The position numbers and the translations under genes were made by a program. 64,000 bases of DNA from Bacteriovoracia bacterium (GTDB taxonomy: Bacteria; Bdellovibrionota; UBA1018; CAIPTA01): contig JBFWVL010000001.1 in the NCBI GenBank assembly GCA_050246755.1, positions 736,001 through 800,000 on the forward strand. The letters run 5' to 3'. The notes below the pieces were generated by a model that was not told where the DNA came from, did not search any database, and worked only from the letters and a program-made list of their open reading frames with translations. Positions within the stretch are counted from its first letter, which is position 1. Every line of letters starts with the position of its first letter. This document shows, one piece after another, positions 38,668-49,036 of the stretch.

Positions 38668-39474
38668 TTACTTGCTTTTTTCCACGTGAATCAAAATACC
38701 GGCATGATCAGAAACCCACTCGCCATTATAGGGCGTGTCGAGCACGATCTCGGCCGAACCTTCGATATTCCAGCCCAGGGCCCAGTCGATGGTTTGAGAA
38801 GGAATATTCTCGCCGTAGATGCGGCGGATCGGATTGAAGGCCCCGATCGAAGGCTTTAGAGCGCCGTACAAAGACTTCAGTCCGCCCTCGAAAAGGACCT
38901 GCATCTCGGCGGATTTCTCGTCGGCATTAAAATCCCCTACCACGAGCCACTGCCGGCACTCGGCCTCGTGGGCTTTCAGCCAATTCAGCAACCAGCGCGC
39001 TTCCACCTGGCGCACGGCGGTGGTTTGGTAGGAAAGGTGGAGGCTCAGCACCCCTAAACAATTCCCATCTAAAACAGAATCGAAAATCGCGCCCTGCACG
39101 CGGCGCTGCACTCCGCCGTCGAAGAAGAAGCCATCGTTGATCCATTTGCGGGGCGTAAGAGTTGAACCCATCCAATAGCCGTAAGCTTGGTTATCGGCGC
39201 CCATCATTTCGTATACGTAATCGCGATTCGTGTAGGCCGTGAGAAGGCTGGCGTCGGAGCTATCGTCGCCTAAGCGCTGCGCTTCTTGAAACGTCACGAT
39301 CGAGGGATTCTTCGTGGAAAGATAGTCGGCCACGGCGGCCATGCGCCGGGCGCGGAAACCTTCGTCCCATTTGCCCTGCAGTTGATCAAAGACGTTTAAA
39401 TTGAAAACGTCCACCGCCTGGGCATGCGCACATCCTGAACAGAGAACCACCAATAAGAGAGAGAGGAACTTCAT
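38668..39474 (-). CDS. Exported endonuclease/exonuclease/phosphatase family protein
   Basis: Signal or lipobox (LCSGC); NLNV, FQEA, HLS, GDFNA, IDW, SDH. Confidence 0.85.
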   Translation of the reverse strand: MKFLSLLLVVLCSGCAHAQAVDVFNLNVFDQLQGKWDEGFRARRMAAVADYLSTKNPSIVTFQEAQRLGDDSSDASLLTAYTNRDYVYEMMGADNQAYGYWMGSTLTPRKWINDGFFFDGGVQRRVQGAIFDSVLDGNCLGVLSLHLSYQTTAVRQVEARWLLNWLKAHEAECRQWLVVGDFNADEKSAEMQVLFEGGLKSLYGALKPSIGAFNPIRRIYGENIPSQTIDWALGWNIEGSAEIVLDTPYNGEWVSDHAGILIHVEKSK

Positions 39475-39535
39475 GCCCGGGTTAATACACCGCGTTGCCG
39501 TGGGCACCAAGGGAAAATAGCGCTATAGTGGAGAG

Positions 39536-40213
39536 ATGCAAAAAGCCCTTATCTTTCTCCTATTCCTCTCCGCGCTTCCCGCTCAGGCAATCGATCGCGC
39601 GAAGATTTCTCCCGTGAAGAAAATTTCGCTCGATAAATTGCAAGCCACCTACAAAAGCAAAGCTTCGCTCGAAGCGGATTTCATCCAGGAAGTGTACCAA
39701 GCCTCTCTGGCCAGAACGAAAACGAGCAAAGGAAATATCCGCCTTTCAAAGCCGAACTTCGTGCGTTGGGAAATTGCCGAACCCGAGGCCAGCATCATGG
39801 TTTCTAACGGCCGCAGGGTCTCCTACTTCACGCCGGACGCGCGCGGGAAGGGCAAAGGCCAGGTGATTGAAAGAGCCGCCTCCGAGCTCGAACGGCAACC
39901 GATGTTTCGCATCCTCACGGGCAGCGCACCGCTCACGAAGGAGTTCATCGTCACCAAAGAAGAGAAAATCGAGGGGGTGGCCAAGGGGGAGGCTTTCACC
40001 GAAATTTGGCTGAAGCCCAAAAAGCCTATGAGCGATATTAACGAGGTGCGTCTGCGTATTGACTCTAAGTACTTGATTCGCGAGCTGAATTTGGAAAATG
40101 AGAACGGGAATAAAACGAAAATCACCTTGCAAAATCAGAGCTTAGGCGATAAGTTGCCCACCGCATTATTCGATTTTAAAGCGCCCGAAGGAACCGAAGT
40201 AATTCGGAACTAA
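39536..40213 (+). CDS. lolA: Outer-membrane lipoprotein carrier protein LolA
   Basis: Signal peptide; ADFIQ, KPNFVRWE..P...VSNG, FDFKAPEGTEV; lolA-yajQ-rimO context. Confidence 0.85.
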   Translation: MQKALIFLLFLSALPAQAIDRAKISPVKKISLDKLQATYKSKASLEADFIQEVYQASLARTKTSKGNIRLSKPNFVRWEIAEPEASIMVSNGRRVSYFTPDARGKGKGQVIERAASELERQPMFRILTGSAPLTKEFIVTKEEKIEGVAKGEAFTEIWLKPKKPMSDINEVRLRIDSKYLIRELNLENENGNKTKITLQNQSLGDKLPTALFDFKAPEGTEVIRN

Positions 40214-40239
40214 GCCCAGAATTTTTTTAGGAGTTAGCG

Positions 40240-40731
40240 ATGCCATCGTTCGATGTTGTGTCTGAGGTAAACCTGCAAGAAGTTGATAACGCAGTTAATC
40301 AAACCGTGAAGGAAATTCAGCAGCGGTATGATTTCAAAGGCTCCAAAACCACGATCGAGTGGCGCGCCAAAGAAAAAGAAATCGTGATCGCCACCGACGA
40401 TGATTACAAACTTTCCGCCGCCACCGACATCCTCCAGTCGAAATTCGTGAAGCGCTCGCTTCCGCTCAAGAACATGAAATACGAAACCATCGAGCAAGCC
40501 ACCGGCGGACAAGTACGCCAGGTGATTAAGATCCAGCAAGGCCTCGATAAAGAGAACGCCAAGAAAATTAACGAAGTCATTAAGAACGCAAAAATTAAAG
40601 TTCAGTCCCAAATAATGGACGACCAAGTGCGCGTGACCTCCAAGAGCATCGACGATCTCCAGGATGCCATCCGCGCTCTCCGCGCGGCCCCTCTCGAAGT
40701 CGACGTACAATTCACGAACATGAGACAATAA
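40240..40731 (+). CDS. yajQ: YajQ family nucleotide/c-di-GMP-binding protein
   Basis: MPSFDVVSE, RYDFKGS, QVRVT..DDLQ. Confidence 0.95.
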   Translation: MPSFDVVSEVNLQEVDNAVNQTVKEIQQRYDFKGSKTTIEWRAKEKEIVIATDDDYKLSAATDILQSKFVKRSLPLKNMKYETIEQATGGQVRQVIKIQQGLDKENAKKINEVIKNAKIKVQSQIMDDQVRVTSKSIDDLQDAIRALRAAPLEVDVQFTNMRQ

Positions 40732-42152
40732 TGCAAACCACGAATTCCACCGCTACCGCCGATAAGAAACAAACGCGCACTTCCGAGATCGAGCAGAATA
40801 CGGTTTATTTCGTATCGCTCGGTTGCCCAAAAAATCTCGTAGATAGCCAGGTGATGCTTGGTCTCCTGAAGTCGAATAAATTCAAGATCACCGAGGAGCC
40901 TTCCGAGGCCGATACCGTGATCGTGAACACTTGCTCCTTCATCGACGCGGCCAAACAAGAATCGATCAATACGATTCTCGAAATGGCCGATCTCAAAGAA
41001 GATGGCGGAAAGCTGAAGAATCTCGTGGTGAGCGGCTGCATGGCCCAGCGTTATGCCTCCGACCTCGAAAAAGAAATGCCCGAAGTGGATCTCTTTATCG
41101 GTACTGGCGAATACCACCGCATCGTGGAGCTCCTCCAGAAGCGCGCCCTCGGCAAACTCCGCCAGAAAACTTTCGTGGACATTCCCACCTTCATCCACAC
41201 CGAAGAGCATCCCCGGATCAATACGGGCGCCCGCCATTCGGCCTTCCTGAAAATTTCCGAAGGCTGCGTGCGCAACTGCTCCTTCTGCATCATTCCCGAG
41301 CTCCGCGGCCACCAAGTACGCTCGCGTTCGATTCCCTCCCTCGTGGAAGAAGCTACGAACCTGGCGAAATCCGGCGTGACCGAACTCAACCTCGTGGCCC
41401 AGGATCTCACCCACTACGGCATCGAGAATGGCTACAAAGAAACCCTCGCCATGCTCCTCAAAGAGCTCGTGAAGGTGGACGGAATCAAGTGGATGCGCTT
41501 GCACTACGCGTATCCCGATAATTTTACCGACGAAGTGATCGATCTCATGGCAAACGAGCCGAAGATCCTGAAGTACGTGGACATGCCCCTCCAGCACGGC
41601 GACGACAAAGTGCTCAAGCTCATGAATCGCCGCGTGACCCGCGAACAAATTTATACCCTCGTGGAAAAAATGCGCGCCCGCATTCCCGGCCTCGTATTTC
41701 GCACCAATATTATCGTAGGCCATCCCGGTGAAGACGAGGCGTCTTATGAAAACGTAAAGCGCATGCTCCAGGAACTACGCCTTGAGCACGTGGGCGTATT
41801 TAAATACTCCCTCGAGGAAGGCACTCCGTCTTTCCGCCTTGCGCAAAAAATCGGACAAGTTCCGGAAGAAGTTATTCAGCATCGCTTCAATGAGCTGATG
41901 GAAATTCAGCAGCGCATCTCCCAAGAGAATAACCAGAAGCTCGTCGGAAAACGCATTCAGGTGCTGGTAGAAGGCGTATCGCGCGAAAGCGACCTTTTGC
42001 TGCAGGGCCGCTGGTATGGCCAGGCGCAAGAAATCGACGGCGTGGTGCTGATCAATGATGGCGATAGCGCCCCCGGCGAATACGTAGAAGTGGAAGTAAC
42101 GGAAGCCTTGCCGTACGATCTGGTAGGCGGAATTGTTCCCCGCCTGAACTGA
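40731..42152 (+). CDS. rimO: Ribosomal protein S12 methylthiotransferase
   Basis: SLGCPKNLVDS, NTCSFI, CVRNCSFC, TRAM-like C-terminus EIDG. Confidence 0.96.
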   Translation: MQTTNSTATADKKQTRTSEIEQNTVYFVSLGCPKNLVDSQVMLGLLKSNKFKITEEPSEADTVIVNTCSFIDAAKQESINTILEMADLKEDGGKLKNLVVSGCMAQRYASDLEKEMPEVDLFIGTGEYHRIVELLQKRALGKLRQKTFVDIPTFIHTEEHPRINTGARHSAFLKISEGCVRNCSFCIIPELRGHQVRSRSIPSLVEEATNLAKSGVTELNLVAQDLTHYGIENGYKETLAMLLKELVKVDGIKWMRLHYAYPDNFTDEVIDLMANEPKILKYVDMPLQHGDDKVLKLMNRRVTREQIYTLVEKMRARIPGLVFRTNIIVGHPGEDEASYENVKRMLQELRLEHVGVFKYSLEEGTPSFRLAQKIGQVPEEVIQHRFNELMEIQQRISQENNQKLVGKRIQVLVEGVSRESDLLLQGRWYGQAQEIDGVVLINDGDSAPGEYVEVEVTEALPYDLVGGIVPRLN

Positions 42153-42168
42153 TCTTTTAGGGAGAAGC

Positions 42169-43152
42169 ATGAGCGTAAGCTCGTCTACCATCACCTTCCG
42201 GCTTTCGGATCCGGGCACTTCATTGGCCCAAGATCCGGCGATGATGGAATACCTCCGTTCCTACGATTTCCCCTGCCCCCCCGACGTTCGCTACGGCTAT
42301 ACCCGTATCGAAAGCAATCAGCAGAAAGACCGCGTAAATCTTTTCGGCCAAGCCTGGGTGCCCGCCCATCCCGTGGGCACCGTGGCCATCTTTCACGGCT
42401 ACGGAGAACATAGCGGAAATTATTCCCGCCTCGCCCGAGATTTCATTGATAACCGCTATGCCGTGATCATGATGGATTTGCGCGGCCATGGCCTTTCCGA
42501 GGGCCCGCGCGGCCATGCCCCCACCCCGACGGCATACGCCGAGGACTGGGAGTGCTTTTTAAATCAGATCTTCCCGATGGTGCTTCCAAACCTTCCACTC
42601 TATTTCTGGGCGCATAGCCTAGGCGCCCTCACCGCCATGCAGGTGCTCCGCCGCCCTAATCTTCCGGTGCGTCCCAGGGGCGTGGTGCTCTCGAGCCCCT
42701 TCCTCGGATTCCCGGAAATCACCGGGGTAAAGAAGATCCTCACTAAGATGGCTCCGTTCCTGGCGAAGGTTCTGCCTTCATTGCCGGTAGCGCACGGAAT
42801 CGGCCCGGAAATTCTTTCCCACGACGAAGAATACCTCGCGCGCCGCTTCGAAGATCCGCTTAATGGAAAAGTCTCCACGCCACTTTGGTACCTCTCAGCC
42901 AAAGCCGCCATTAAAGAGATCCAGGCCAATGCGGAAGAGTTTCAAACCATCGCGCCCACCCTGCTCATGCTGGCGGGCAGCGAAATGGTTACGAATTTAA
43001 ATGAAGCCCGTAAGTTCGCCTTCCGCGCCTACGCCGGCATGACCCACAAGGTGATCGAATTCCCGAGCTACTACCATGAACTCGAAAAAGAAAAGGCGAT
43101 CCGGCCCCGCGTGGTGGCCGAGTCCATCGCGTGGTTCAAGAGCCACGGTTAA
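42169..43152 (+). CDS. Alpha/beta hydrolase (lysophospholipase/monoglyceride lipase-like)
   Basis: HGYGEH, DLRGHGLS, AHSLG nucleophile elbow, YHE. Confidence 0.88.
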   Translation: MSVSSSTITFRLSDPGTSLAQDPAMMEYLRSYDFPCPPDVRYGYTRIESNQQKDRVNLFGQAWVPAHPVGTVAIFHGYGEHSGNYSRLARDFIDNRYAVIMMDLRGHGLSEGPRGHAPTPTAYAEDWECFLNQIFPMVLPNLPLYFWAHSLGALTAMQVLRRPNLPVRPRGVVLSSPFLGFPEITGVKKILTKMAPFLAKVLPSLPVAHGIGPEILSHDEEYLARRFEDPLNGKVSTPLWYLSAKAAIKEIQANAEEFQTIAPTLLMLAGSEMVTNLNEARKFAFRAYAGMTHKVIEFPSYYHELEKEKAIRPRVVAESIAWFKSHG

Positions 43153-43161
43153 AAATATTTA

Positions 43162-44250
43162 TTATTTAGCCCGCTGATCCGCCGGCAAACTCCGCCAGCT
43201 ACCGCGCTCGGACCGCACTTTTGGGTTCAGCTGGGTTTCCCTCACGGCCTTCGCGTGGGCCGCATAATCCTTCGAAAAGATATGGGTGCCGTTTCCTCTA
43301 GAAACAAAATAGAGGAAATCGGCCTGCGCGGGATTCAGCACAGCTTGGATCGCGCTCTTGGAGGGATTCGAGATCGGGCCCGGGGGCAAACCGTCCATCT
43401 GATAAGAATTGTATTCGTTCTTGGCGTCGAGATCGCGGCGCCGGATATTTCCGTCCCAGCTTCCGTGCGTCAGCCATAAACTATAAATAATCGTAGGATC
43501 TGTTTGCAGCCGCATATGCTTACGCAGGCGATTTAGAAAAACGCTCGCAATCAGCGGCCGCTCAGCCGCGGCACCCGTTTCTTTTTCCACAATGCTCGCG
43601 AGCGTTACCACTTGGTGGGGCGTGAAGTGAAACTCCTGCACCACCGCGCTGCGCTCCAATTCCGGTTTTAGCTCGGCATAAACTTCACGGAAGTGGTGCA
43701 CCATCGACTGCACGATCTCGAGCGGGGTTTCCACTTTTTGTACGAGGTAGGTATTGGGATATAGATACCCCTCAAGGCTTTTCGGCTGCCTTTCGCCCTT
43801 AGCAAGAGTAGGAAGAGCGGCGATGAGCTCGAGGTCTTGCGCAGCTTCGACAAAATCTTTTTTCTTCGCGAAGCCTCCCTGCGCGAGAAGATCGGCGATC
43901 TGGTAGAGATTGAAGCCTTCGGGGATCGTCACCTTGTACTCGATGGGTTTTCCTTCGGTGAGCGCCTTCACGAGCGCGGGTACGGGCATATTTTTATAAA
44001 GGGAAAACTCTCCGCGCTTGAGTCCTTTGCCGGCGCCGAGAATATTCACGTACCAGCGCAAAGCCCGCTCGCGGCGTATAATTCCAGCGCCTTGGAGTTG
44101 GCGCGCGAGACTCGAAAAATTTTCACCTTTTTGTACCGTAAACGTCGTGGGATCGCCCGCTGGGGCAAAGTATCCGAGCTGCCAAGCCAAGCCTCCTAGA
44201 GCCGCTCCGGCCGCAACCGCTAAACCCACGAAAACAATGAGGAATTTCAT
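43162..44250 (-). CDS. mltG: Endolytic transglycosylase MltG
   Basis: TIPEG, LEGYLYPNTY, LASIVEKE, LQTDPT, GLPPGPISNP, YFVS. Confidence 0.95.
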   Translation of the reverse strand: MKFLIVFVGLAVAAGAALGGLAWQLGYFAPAGDPTTFTVQKGENFSSLARQLQGAGIIRRERALRWYVNILGAGKGLKRGEFSLYKNMPVPALVKALTEGKPIEYKVTIPEGFNLYQIADLLAQGGFAKKKDFVEAAQDLELIAALPTLAKGERQPKSLEGYLYPNTYLVQKVETPLEIVQSMVHHFREVYAELKPELERSAVVQEFHFTPHQVVTLASIVEKETGAAAERPLIASVFLNRLRKHMRLQTDPTIIYSLWLTHGSWDGNIRRRDLDAKNEYNSYQMDGLPPGPISNPSKSAIQAVLNPAQADFLYFVSRGNGTHIFSKDYAAHAKAVRETQLNPKVRSERGSWRSLPADQRAK

Positions 44251-44337
44251 GCACTTGCTCGTCGTTTTTATTCTTGTACGTAAATTAGGCTAGCTCGAGC
44301 GCACTGCATCTAGCAAGGTCGCGAAATGATTCTGAAC

Positions 44338-44366
44338 TTGACTCAGCTAACGCATGGTGTTACTAT
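44338..44366 (+). promoter_or_regulatory. Sigma70 promoter of carD with extended -10
   Basis: TTGACT-N17-TACTAT preceded by TGn. Confidence 0.65.
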
Positions 44367-44410
44367 GTGCGCGGTCCAAAGAAGCGCTTTCGAAAGAGGG
44401 TCCATCGAGA

Positions 44411-44908
44411 ATGGAAAATTTCATGTTTAAAGTCGGCGATAACGCAGTTTACCCAGCCCACGGTGTGGGCGTGATTAAGCGCATCGAAGAAAAAATGATT
44501 TCTGGCAAGAAGAAGAGCTTCTACGTGCTGCAGGTAATCGAAAATGGCATGACCATAATGGTGCCAACCGATAATACCGCCGGCGTTGGCCTGCGCGCGC
44601 TCGTGAGCAAACAGGAAGTAGACGAAGTTTTCGGCATCCTGCGCGATAAAAAAGTGAAAATCGACCGTACCACCTGGAACCGTCGCTATCGCGAATATAT
44701 GGAAAAAATTAAGACCGGCTCCGTGAAGGAAATCGGTGAAGTTCTCCGCAACCTCTATCTCCTCAAGAACTCCAAGGATCTTTCCTTCGGCGAGAAGAAG
44801 ATGTTCGATACCGCTAAAAACTTGCTCGTAAAAGAGATCTCCATGTCGGGCGCGCTGAGCGAAGCCGAAGTGGAAGCCGAACTCACCAAAGCTCTCGGCA
44901 CTATCTAA
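44411..44908 (+). CDS. carD: CarD/CdnL family RNA polymerase-binding factor (start 44411 or 44423)
   Basis: FKVGD.AVYPAHGVG, WNRRYR, LSFGEKKM. Confidence 0.93.
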   Translation: MENFMFKVGDNAVYPAHGVGVIKRIEEKMISGKKKSFYVLQVIENGMTIMVPTDNTAGVGLRALVSKQEVDEVFGILRDKKVKIDRTTWNRRYREYMEKIKTGSVKEIGEVLRNLYLLKNSKDLSFGEKKMFDTAKNLLVKEISMSGALSEAEVEAELTKALGTI

Positions 44909-44934
44909 GAAATCCGCCACTAAGGCGCCGCGAA

Positions 44935-44973
44935 AGGCCGAAATCTCCCTGAGATTTCGGCCTCTTTCATTTT
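44935..44973 (+). terminator. Terminator hairpin after carD
   Basis: AGGCCGAAATCTC-CCT-GAGATTTCGGCCT then CTTTCATTTT. Confidence 0.75.
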
Positions 44974-44999
44974 GGGGGAAGCTCTTATAGAGTGCCTCC

Positions 45000-46496
45000 A
45001 TGACTCAAAATTTTGACCTCCAATCAACCCTGAAAAATGGCGGCGGCCCGATTCCCGGCGAAGTTCGAGTACGCTTTGCTCCCTCCCCCACGGGCTACCT
45101 TCACGTGGGAAGCGCGCGCACCCATTTATTTAACTGGCTCTACGCCAAACACTGCAAAGGTAAGCTAATCCTGCGCATCGAGGATACGGACACCGTTCGC
45201 TCTACCCGCGAATCCGAGCGCATGGTGATCCAAGATATTAAAGCCCTGTACCTTCATCCCGATGAAGGAACCGAAGAAGGAGGCCCTTACGCTCCCTATC
45301 GTCAGTCGGAACGCCAGGAGCTTTTTCGTCATCTCGCTTATCGATTAATGGACGAAGGCCAGGCCTATCGTTGTTTCTGCACCGACGCAGAAATTGAAAG
45401 GAAAGCGTTGGCCGCAAAAGCCGCCGGCAAAACCCCCCATTACGACGGCACCTGTACTTTTCTTAGTGCGGAAGAGAGCAAGAAGAAAGCCGACGCGGGA
45501 GAATCGTTCTCGATCCGCATGAAAGCTCCATTTAAGGACTACGTGGTTCACGACGAGCTTCGCGGCGACGTCAACTTCAAGGCCGGCATGGTAGGCGATT
45601 TCGTGGTACTTCGCTCGAGCGGAATGCCGGTCTACAACTTCTCCGTGGTCGTAGACGACCATTACATGCGCATCAGCCACATCATTCGCGGGGAGGATCA
45701 TCTCTCCAATACGGTTAGGCAAGTGATGATTTTCCAGGCTTTTGGCTGGCAAATCCCGAAATTCGCCCATATCTCGATGATCCTAGGAACCGACAAGAAA
45801 AAACTTTCGAAACGCGAAGGCGCAACGTCGGTAAACGACTACATCAATGCCGGCTACCTTCCGGAAGCATTGGTGAACTTTCTTTCTTTACTCGGCTGGT
45901 CTCCTTCCGACGGGAAAGAAATTCGCCCGGTAAAAGAAATCATCGAAATGTTTGAGCTAGAGAAGCTTAGCAAATCGCCCGCGGTTTTCGACGATGAGAA
46001 ACTCGCCTGGATGAATGGCGAATATATCCGCGCCATGGACATCAATGAGCTCGCCGAACGCATTAAGCCCTTCGTGAAACGCGCCGGCCTCGACCCCGAA
46101 GCCCTCGGCGGCGCCTGGTTCCTCAACGTTCTTTCCACCGTGCGTGGAAACTTGAAGCGCCTAGATGAGATCGGCCCGCACCTGGAAATCTATTATCCGG
46201 ATCGTTTTGGCTTTGAAGCCGACGCCAAAGCCCTGCTCGCCACTCCCGAAAGCAAGCAGGTGGTAAAAGCGTTCCGCGAGGAAGTAGAAAAAAATCAGGG
46301 CGTGGCCTCGGAAGCCATTCTCACGGCGATCCAAAATACCGTAAAAGAGAAAACGGGCATAAAGGGCAAAGGCCTTTTCATGCCGATGCGGGCGTCGGTT
46401 ACCGGAAAGCTTCACGGCCCCGAGCTCAAACTCGTTATGCCGCTTTTGGGCGCCGAAGAAACGCTGCGTCGAATTGATGCCTCCCTCGCTCTCTAG
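45000..46496 (+). CDS. gltX: Glutamate--tRNA ligase
   Basis: RFAPSPTGYLHVG, LRIEDTD, IRGEDH, KLSKR, anticodon domain. Confidence 0.97.
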   Translation: MTQNFDLQSTLKNGGGPIPGEVRVRFAPSPTGYLHVGSARTHLFNWLYAKHCKGKLILRIEDTDTVRSTRESERMVIQDIKALYLHPDEGTEEGGPYAPYRQSERQELFRHLAYRLMDEGQAYRCFCTDAEIERKALAAKAAGKTPHYDGTCTFLSAEESKKKADAGESFSIRMKAPFKDYVVHDELRGDVNFKAGMVGDFVVLRSSGMPVYNFSVVVDDHYMRISHIIRGEDHLSNTVRQVMIFQAFGWQIPKFAHISMILGTDKKKLSKREGATSVNDYINAGYLPEALVNFLSLLGWSPSDGKEIRPVKEIIEMFELEKLSKSPAVFDDEKLAWMNGEYIRAMDINELAERIKPFVKRAGLDPEALGGAWFLNVLSTVRGNLKRLDEIGPHLEIYYPDRFGFEADAKALLATPESKQVVKAFREEVEKNQGVASEAILTAIQNTVKEKTGIKGKGLFMPMRASVTGKLHGPELKLVMPLLGAEETLRRIDASLAL

Positions 46497-46573
46497 GTGA
46501 GGTGATTCGGCTCCTTGACGGGTGGTTGCAGACGGGATAACTCTCCTCCTCCAAACTAGCCTGAGGAGGCCCT

Positions 46574-47053
46574 ATGATCCGCTCCCTATTCGTTCTTGGT
46601 TCCGCGCTCTTTGCTCTTTCCGCGTACGCCACCCCTAAAGTGGGCGACTATGCTTTCTACGAAGCCACGATTAGCGCCAACGGCCAATCGATCCCCGCCA
46701 CCATCGAATTCGAAATTCTCCGCGAAGAAGGCGAAGGAAAATTCCTGCAACGCCAGACCAATAAGATTGGCGACCAAGACGCCCAGACTCAGGAAGAAGT
46801 GAAATCGGCCGATGATTTCCTCAACGACGAAACGATCGACGCCGTATTGGCCGATTGCGGCTCGCAAGGCGGCGCCCTCGAAACCGTAACCGTACCTGCC
46901 GGCGATTTTAGCGCCTGCAAAGTTCCTTACGACAACGCCGAGAGCAGCGGTACCGCCTGGATCGCTAAAGTGCCCTTTGGCCTCGCCCGCATCGATTCTA
47001 AAAGCAAAGAAAACGGTATTTTCGTGAGCTCGCAGCTCAAAGCTTTTCGCTAA
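46574..47053 (+). CDS. Secreted hypothetical protein
   Basis: SD GAGGAGG; signal peptide ending AYA; ETVTVPAGDF motif. Confidence 0.85.
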   Translation: MIRSLFVLGSALFALSAYATPKVGDYAFYEATISANGQSIPATIEFEILREEGEGKFLQRQTNKIGDQDAQTQEEVKSADDFLNDETIDAVLADCGSQGGALETVTVPAGDFSACKVPYDNAESSGTAWIAKVPFGLARIDSKSKENGIFVSSQLKAFR

Positions 47054-47071
47054 GCATTAAGCCAATGAAAC

Positions 47072-47105
47072 AAAAGGGCATGGTGGATTTCCACCTGCCC
47101 TTTTT
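47072..47105 (+). terminator. Rho-independent terminator
   Basis: AAAAGGGCA(T)GGTGGA-TT-TCCACCTGCCCTTTTT. Confidence 0.8.
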
Positions 47106-47230
47106 CTTTGTGCCCATGCGCACACGGAGTGCGCCTATAGCGAACGTGTAGGGCAGCAAGGCCTTTTCCCACTCGCCCAAATCTAGGAGTCTGCCGTAAA
47201 GTTTAGGTACCAAGAAACAAACGAGGATTT

Positions 47231-47962
47231 ATGAAACACTTAAAACACCTAGTACTCACCGGCCTAATGGTTGTTGCCGCTTCGAGCTGCTCATCCAAAA
47301 AACTCAAACCAGTAGACGAGAATATCGACGTAAAAGCGAAGATGGGCGACAAAGAAATCGGCATCAACGACGACGACGACGCCGTGATTCAAGAAAGCGT
47401 GGCCGTGGAAGACGAGCTCCGCAAGCTCACTTGGTATAACTATGAAACCGAGCGCAAGCTGAAATCGGCGCGTACCGAGCTGATCCGCTGCCGAACCGAC
47501 CTCGCCGATCCCCGCCTCAGCGGCAATAAAACTCTGGAGCCGATCCCCGAGCTCGAGATCAGCCAGGACCTCAGCAAAATACAGCAGAAGCTGGGTATCA
47601 CCCAGAGTGGCCGCATTAAGGTGGTAAAAAAGGAATTCCTCAATGATCGCTTTGAAAAAGAGCAGCGCTATAAGGAATCGCTCGAAAGCTTGCTAAAGGT
47701 GCTGGACGATCAAGGAAAGAATTGTGAGCGCGAGCTCGGCTATATTCGCGTGCAGCACGGCTTACCGTCGGAACGCTATACCGCTGAAGGCTACTACGGC
47801 CCCAAGGGAAATTTCGTGGTCACTCGCCCCGCCGAGCGCAGCCTAGACGACGCTTTCCGGATTCTGGCCGAGCAAACCCGCAAGGGAAAAGCGCAAGCGA
47901 AGAAACAGCAGAAAGCCTCGGAGCCGGCTTTGGTGGAAGAACCCGAAGAAGAAAACAACTAG
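47231..47962 (+). CDS. Hypothetical lipoprotein, coiled-coil rich
   Basis: SD GAGGA; lipobox-like ASSC; followed by terminator. Confidence 0.85.
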   Translation: MKHLKHLVLTGLMVVAASSCSSKKLKPVDENIDVKAKMGDKEIGINDDDDAVIQESVAVEDELRKLTWYNYETERKLKSARTELIRCRTDLADPRLSGNKTLEPIPELEISQDLSKIQQKLGITQSGRIKVVKKEFLNDRFEKEQRYKESLESLLKVLDDQGKNCERELGYIRVQHGLPSERYTAEGYYGPKGNFVVTRPAERSLDDAFRILAEQTRKGKAQAKKQQKASEPALVEEPEEENN

Positions 47963-47982
47963 TCGCGGAATCAAAACCATCG

Positions 47983-48013
47983 AAGCCTCCCTTTTTTCGG
48001 GGAGGCTTTTTTT
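47983..48013 (+). terminator. Rho-independent terminator
   Basis: AAGCCTCCC...GGGAGGCTT plus T tract. Confidence 0.8.
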
Positions 48014-48115
48014 GCTATTTTCAACACGATACCGGAGGATCTCGCCGCGGTAGGTTCGCCCAATTTTCCGTGGAAAAACAGTTTACCGGAACGTAACCTG
48101 ATAGGGAGGTCCAGG

Positions 48116-49036
48116 ATGGATATCGTTTCCCAAAATGTGCATTGGCTCATCCCCGAAGAGCCCGCTCCTTGCGATCTCTACCTGCATTTCCGCGGAAAAT
48201 TTGCCCTAGGGTTAGCGGCTAAGCAGCTAGTTTCCCTTTCCTTTCTCGAAAAACTAGCCAAAACGAACAGCGAGATCATTTTCTTGAAGAAACAAGATCT
48301 TTTCGCCTGGGAAGAATGGAAAAAGAAAAGGCACCCAGAGCCGGAAGCGGAAAAAAAAGGCGAATCTACCGAACAGCAAGAAAAACTTTACGGAAATAAG
48401 CGCGCCGAGTTTCTCAGTTACGTGCAGAAGATTCTGCATAAGCGGGATGAAACGGACCGCTTCGTGAATAACGCGACCGATTCCGCGGCGGCGGTGCTGA
48501 AAAAAGTGATCGGCCACCCCATGCTGGATTGGTATTTTCAGCAGTTTCACGAGCCACCAGACTTATTTTTTCACGCGGCCCGGGTAGCCTATCCCTTTAC
48601 CGCGTTCTGCCTGCTCCATGCACTTGGCACGGACAAAGAGATTGAAAGCGCCACCTTCGCCGCCGTCATCCATGAACTGAGCGGAGATCCCAAGGAAAGC
48701 CTCAAGACGGTGGTCTCACAGCAGACGCTTGCGCAACTCGAACGGGAAAAGCAGCCCGTGCCGGCCGACGTGATCGAACTGATCCGGATGCACGATGAAC
48801 TTTTTTCCGGTAAAGGCTTTCCCGGAAATAAAAAGAAAAACGAGATTCCCACCCTTATCCGGGCGTTCGGCTTATTCAATCACTTTGATCACTACCGCCT
48901 GGCCGCCACGGGCACCCGCCGGGCAAGATTTGATCAAGCAAAACAAAAAATGAATTTACGCCGCTCCGACTACGATCCCGATCTTTGGGAGAACTTCTGG
49001 AAATTCTGGGAAAACTCCGTGGAGGCGATCACTTGA
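48116..49036 (+). CDS. Degenerate HD-GYP-like protein
   Basis: HAARVA, AVIHE (HD to HE), HDELFSGKGFP (HHExxxGxGYP variant), NHFD. Confidence 0.7.
   Translation: MDIVSQNVHWLIPEEPAPCDLYLHFRGKFALGLAAKQLVSLSFLEKLAKTNSEIIFLKKQDLFAWEEWKKKRHPEPEAEKKGESTEQQEKLYGNKRAEFLSYVQKILHKRDETDRFVNNATDSAAAVLKKVIGHPMLDWYFQQFHEPPDLFFHAARVAYPFTAFCLLHALGTDKEIESATFAAVIHELSGDPKESLKTVVSQQTLAQLEREKQPVPADVIELIRMHDELFSGKGFPGNKKKNEIPTLIRAFGLFNHFDHYRLAATGTRRARFDQAKQKMNLRRSDYDPDLWENFWKFWENSVEAIT

Noticed and set aside
38678-38693. parS-like TTTTCCACGTGAATCA about 1 kb from smc
   Set aside because: Mismatches at conserved outer positions of TGTTTCACGTGAAACA, single copy, inside a CDS.
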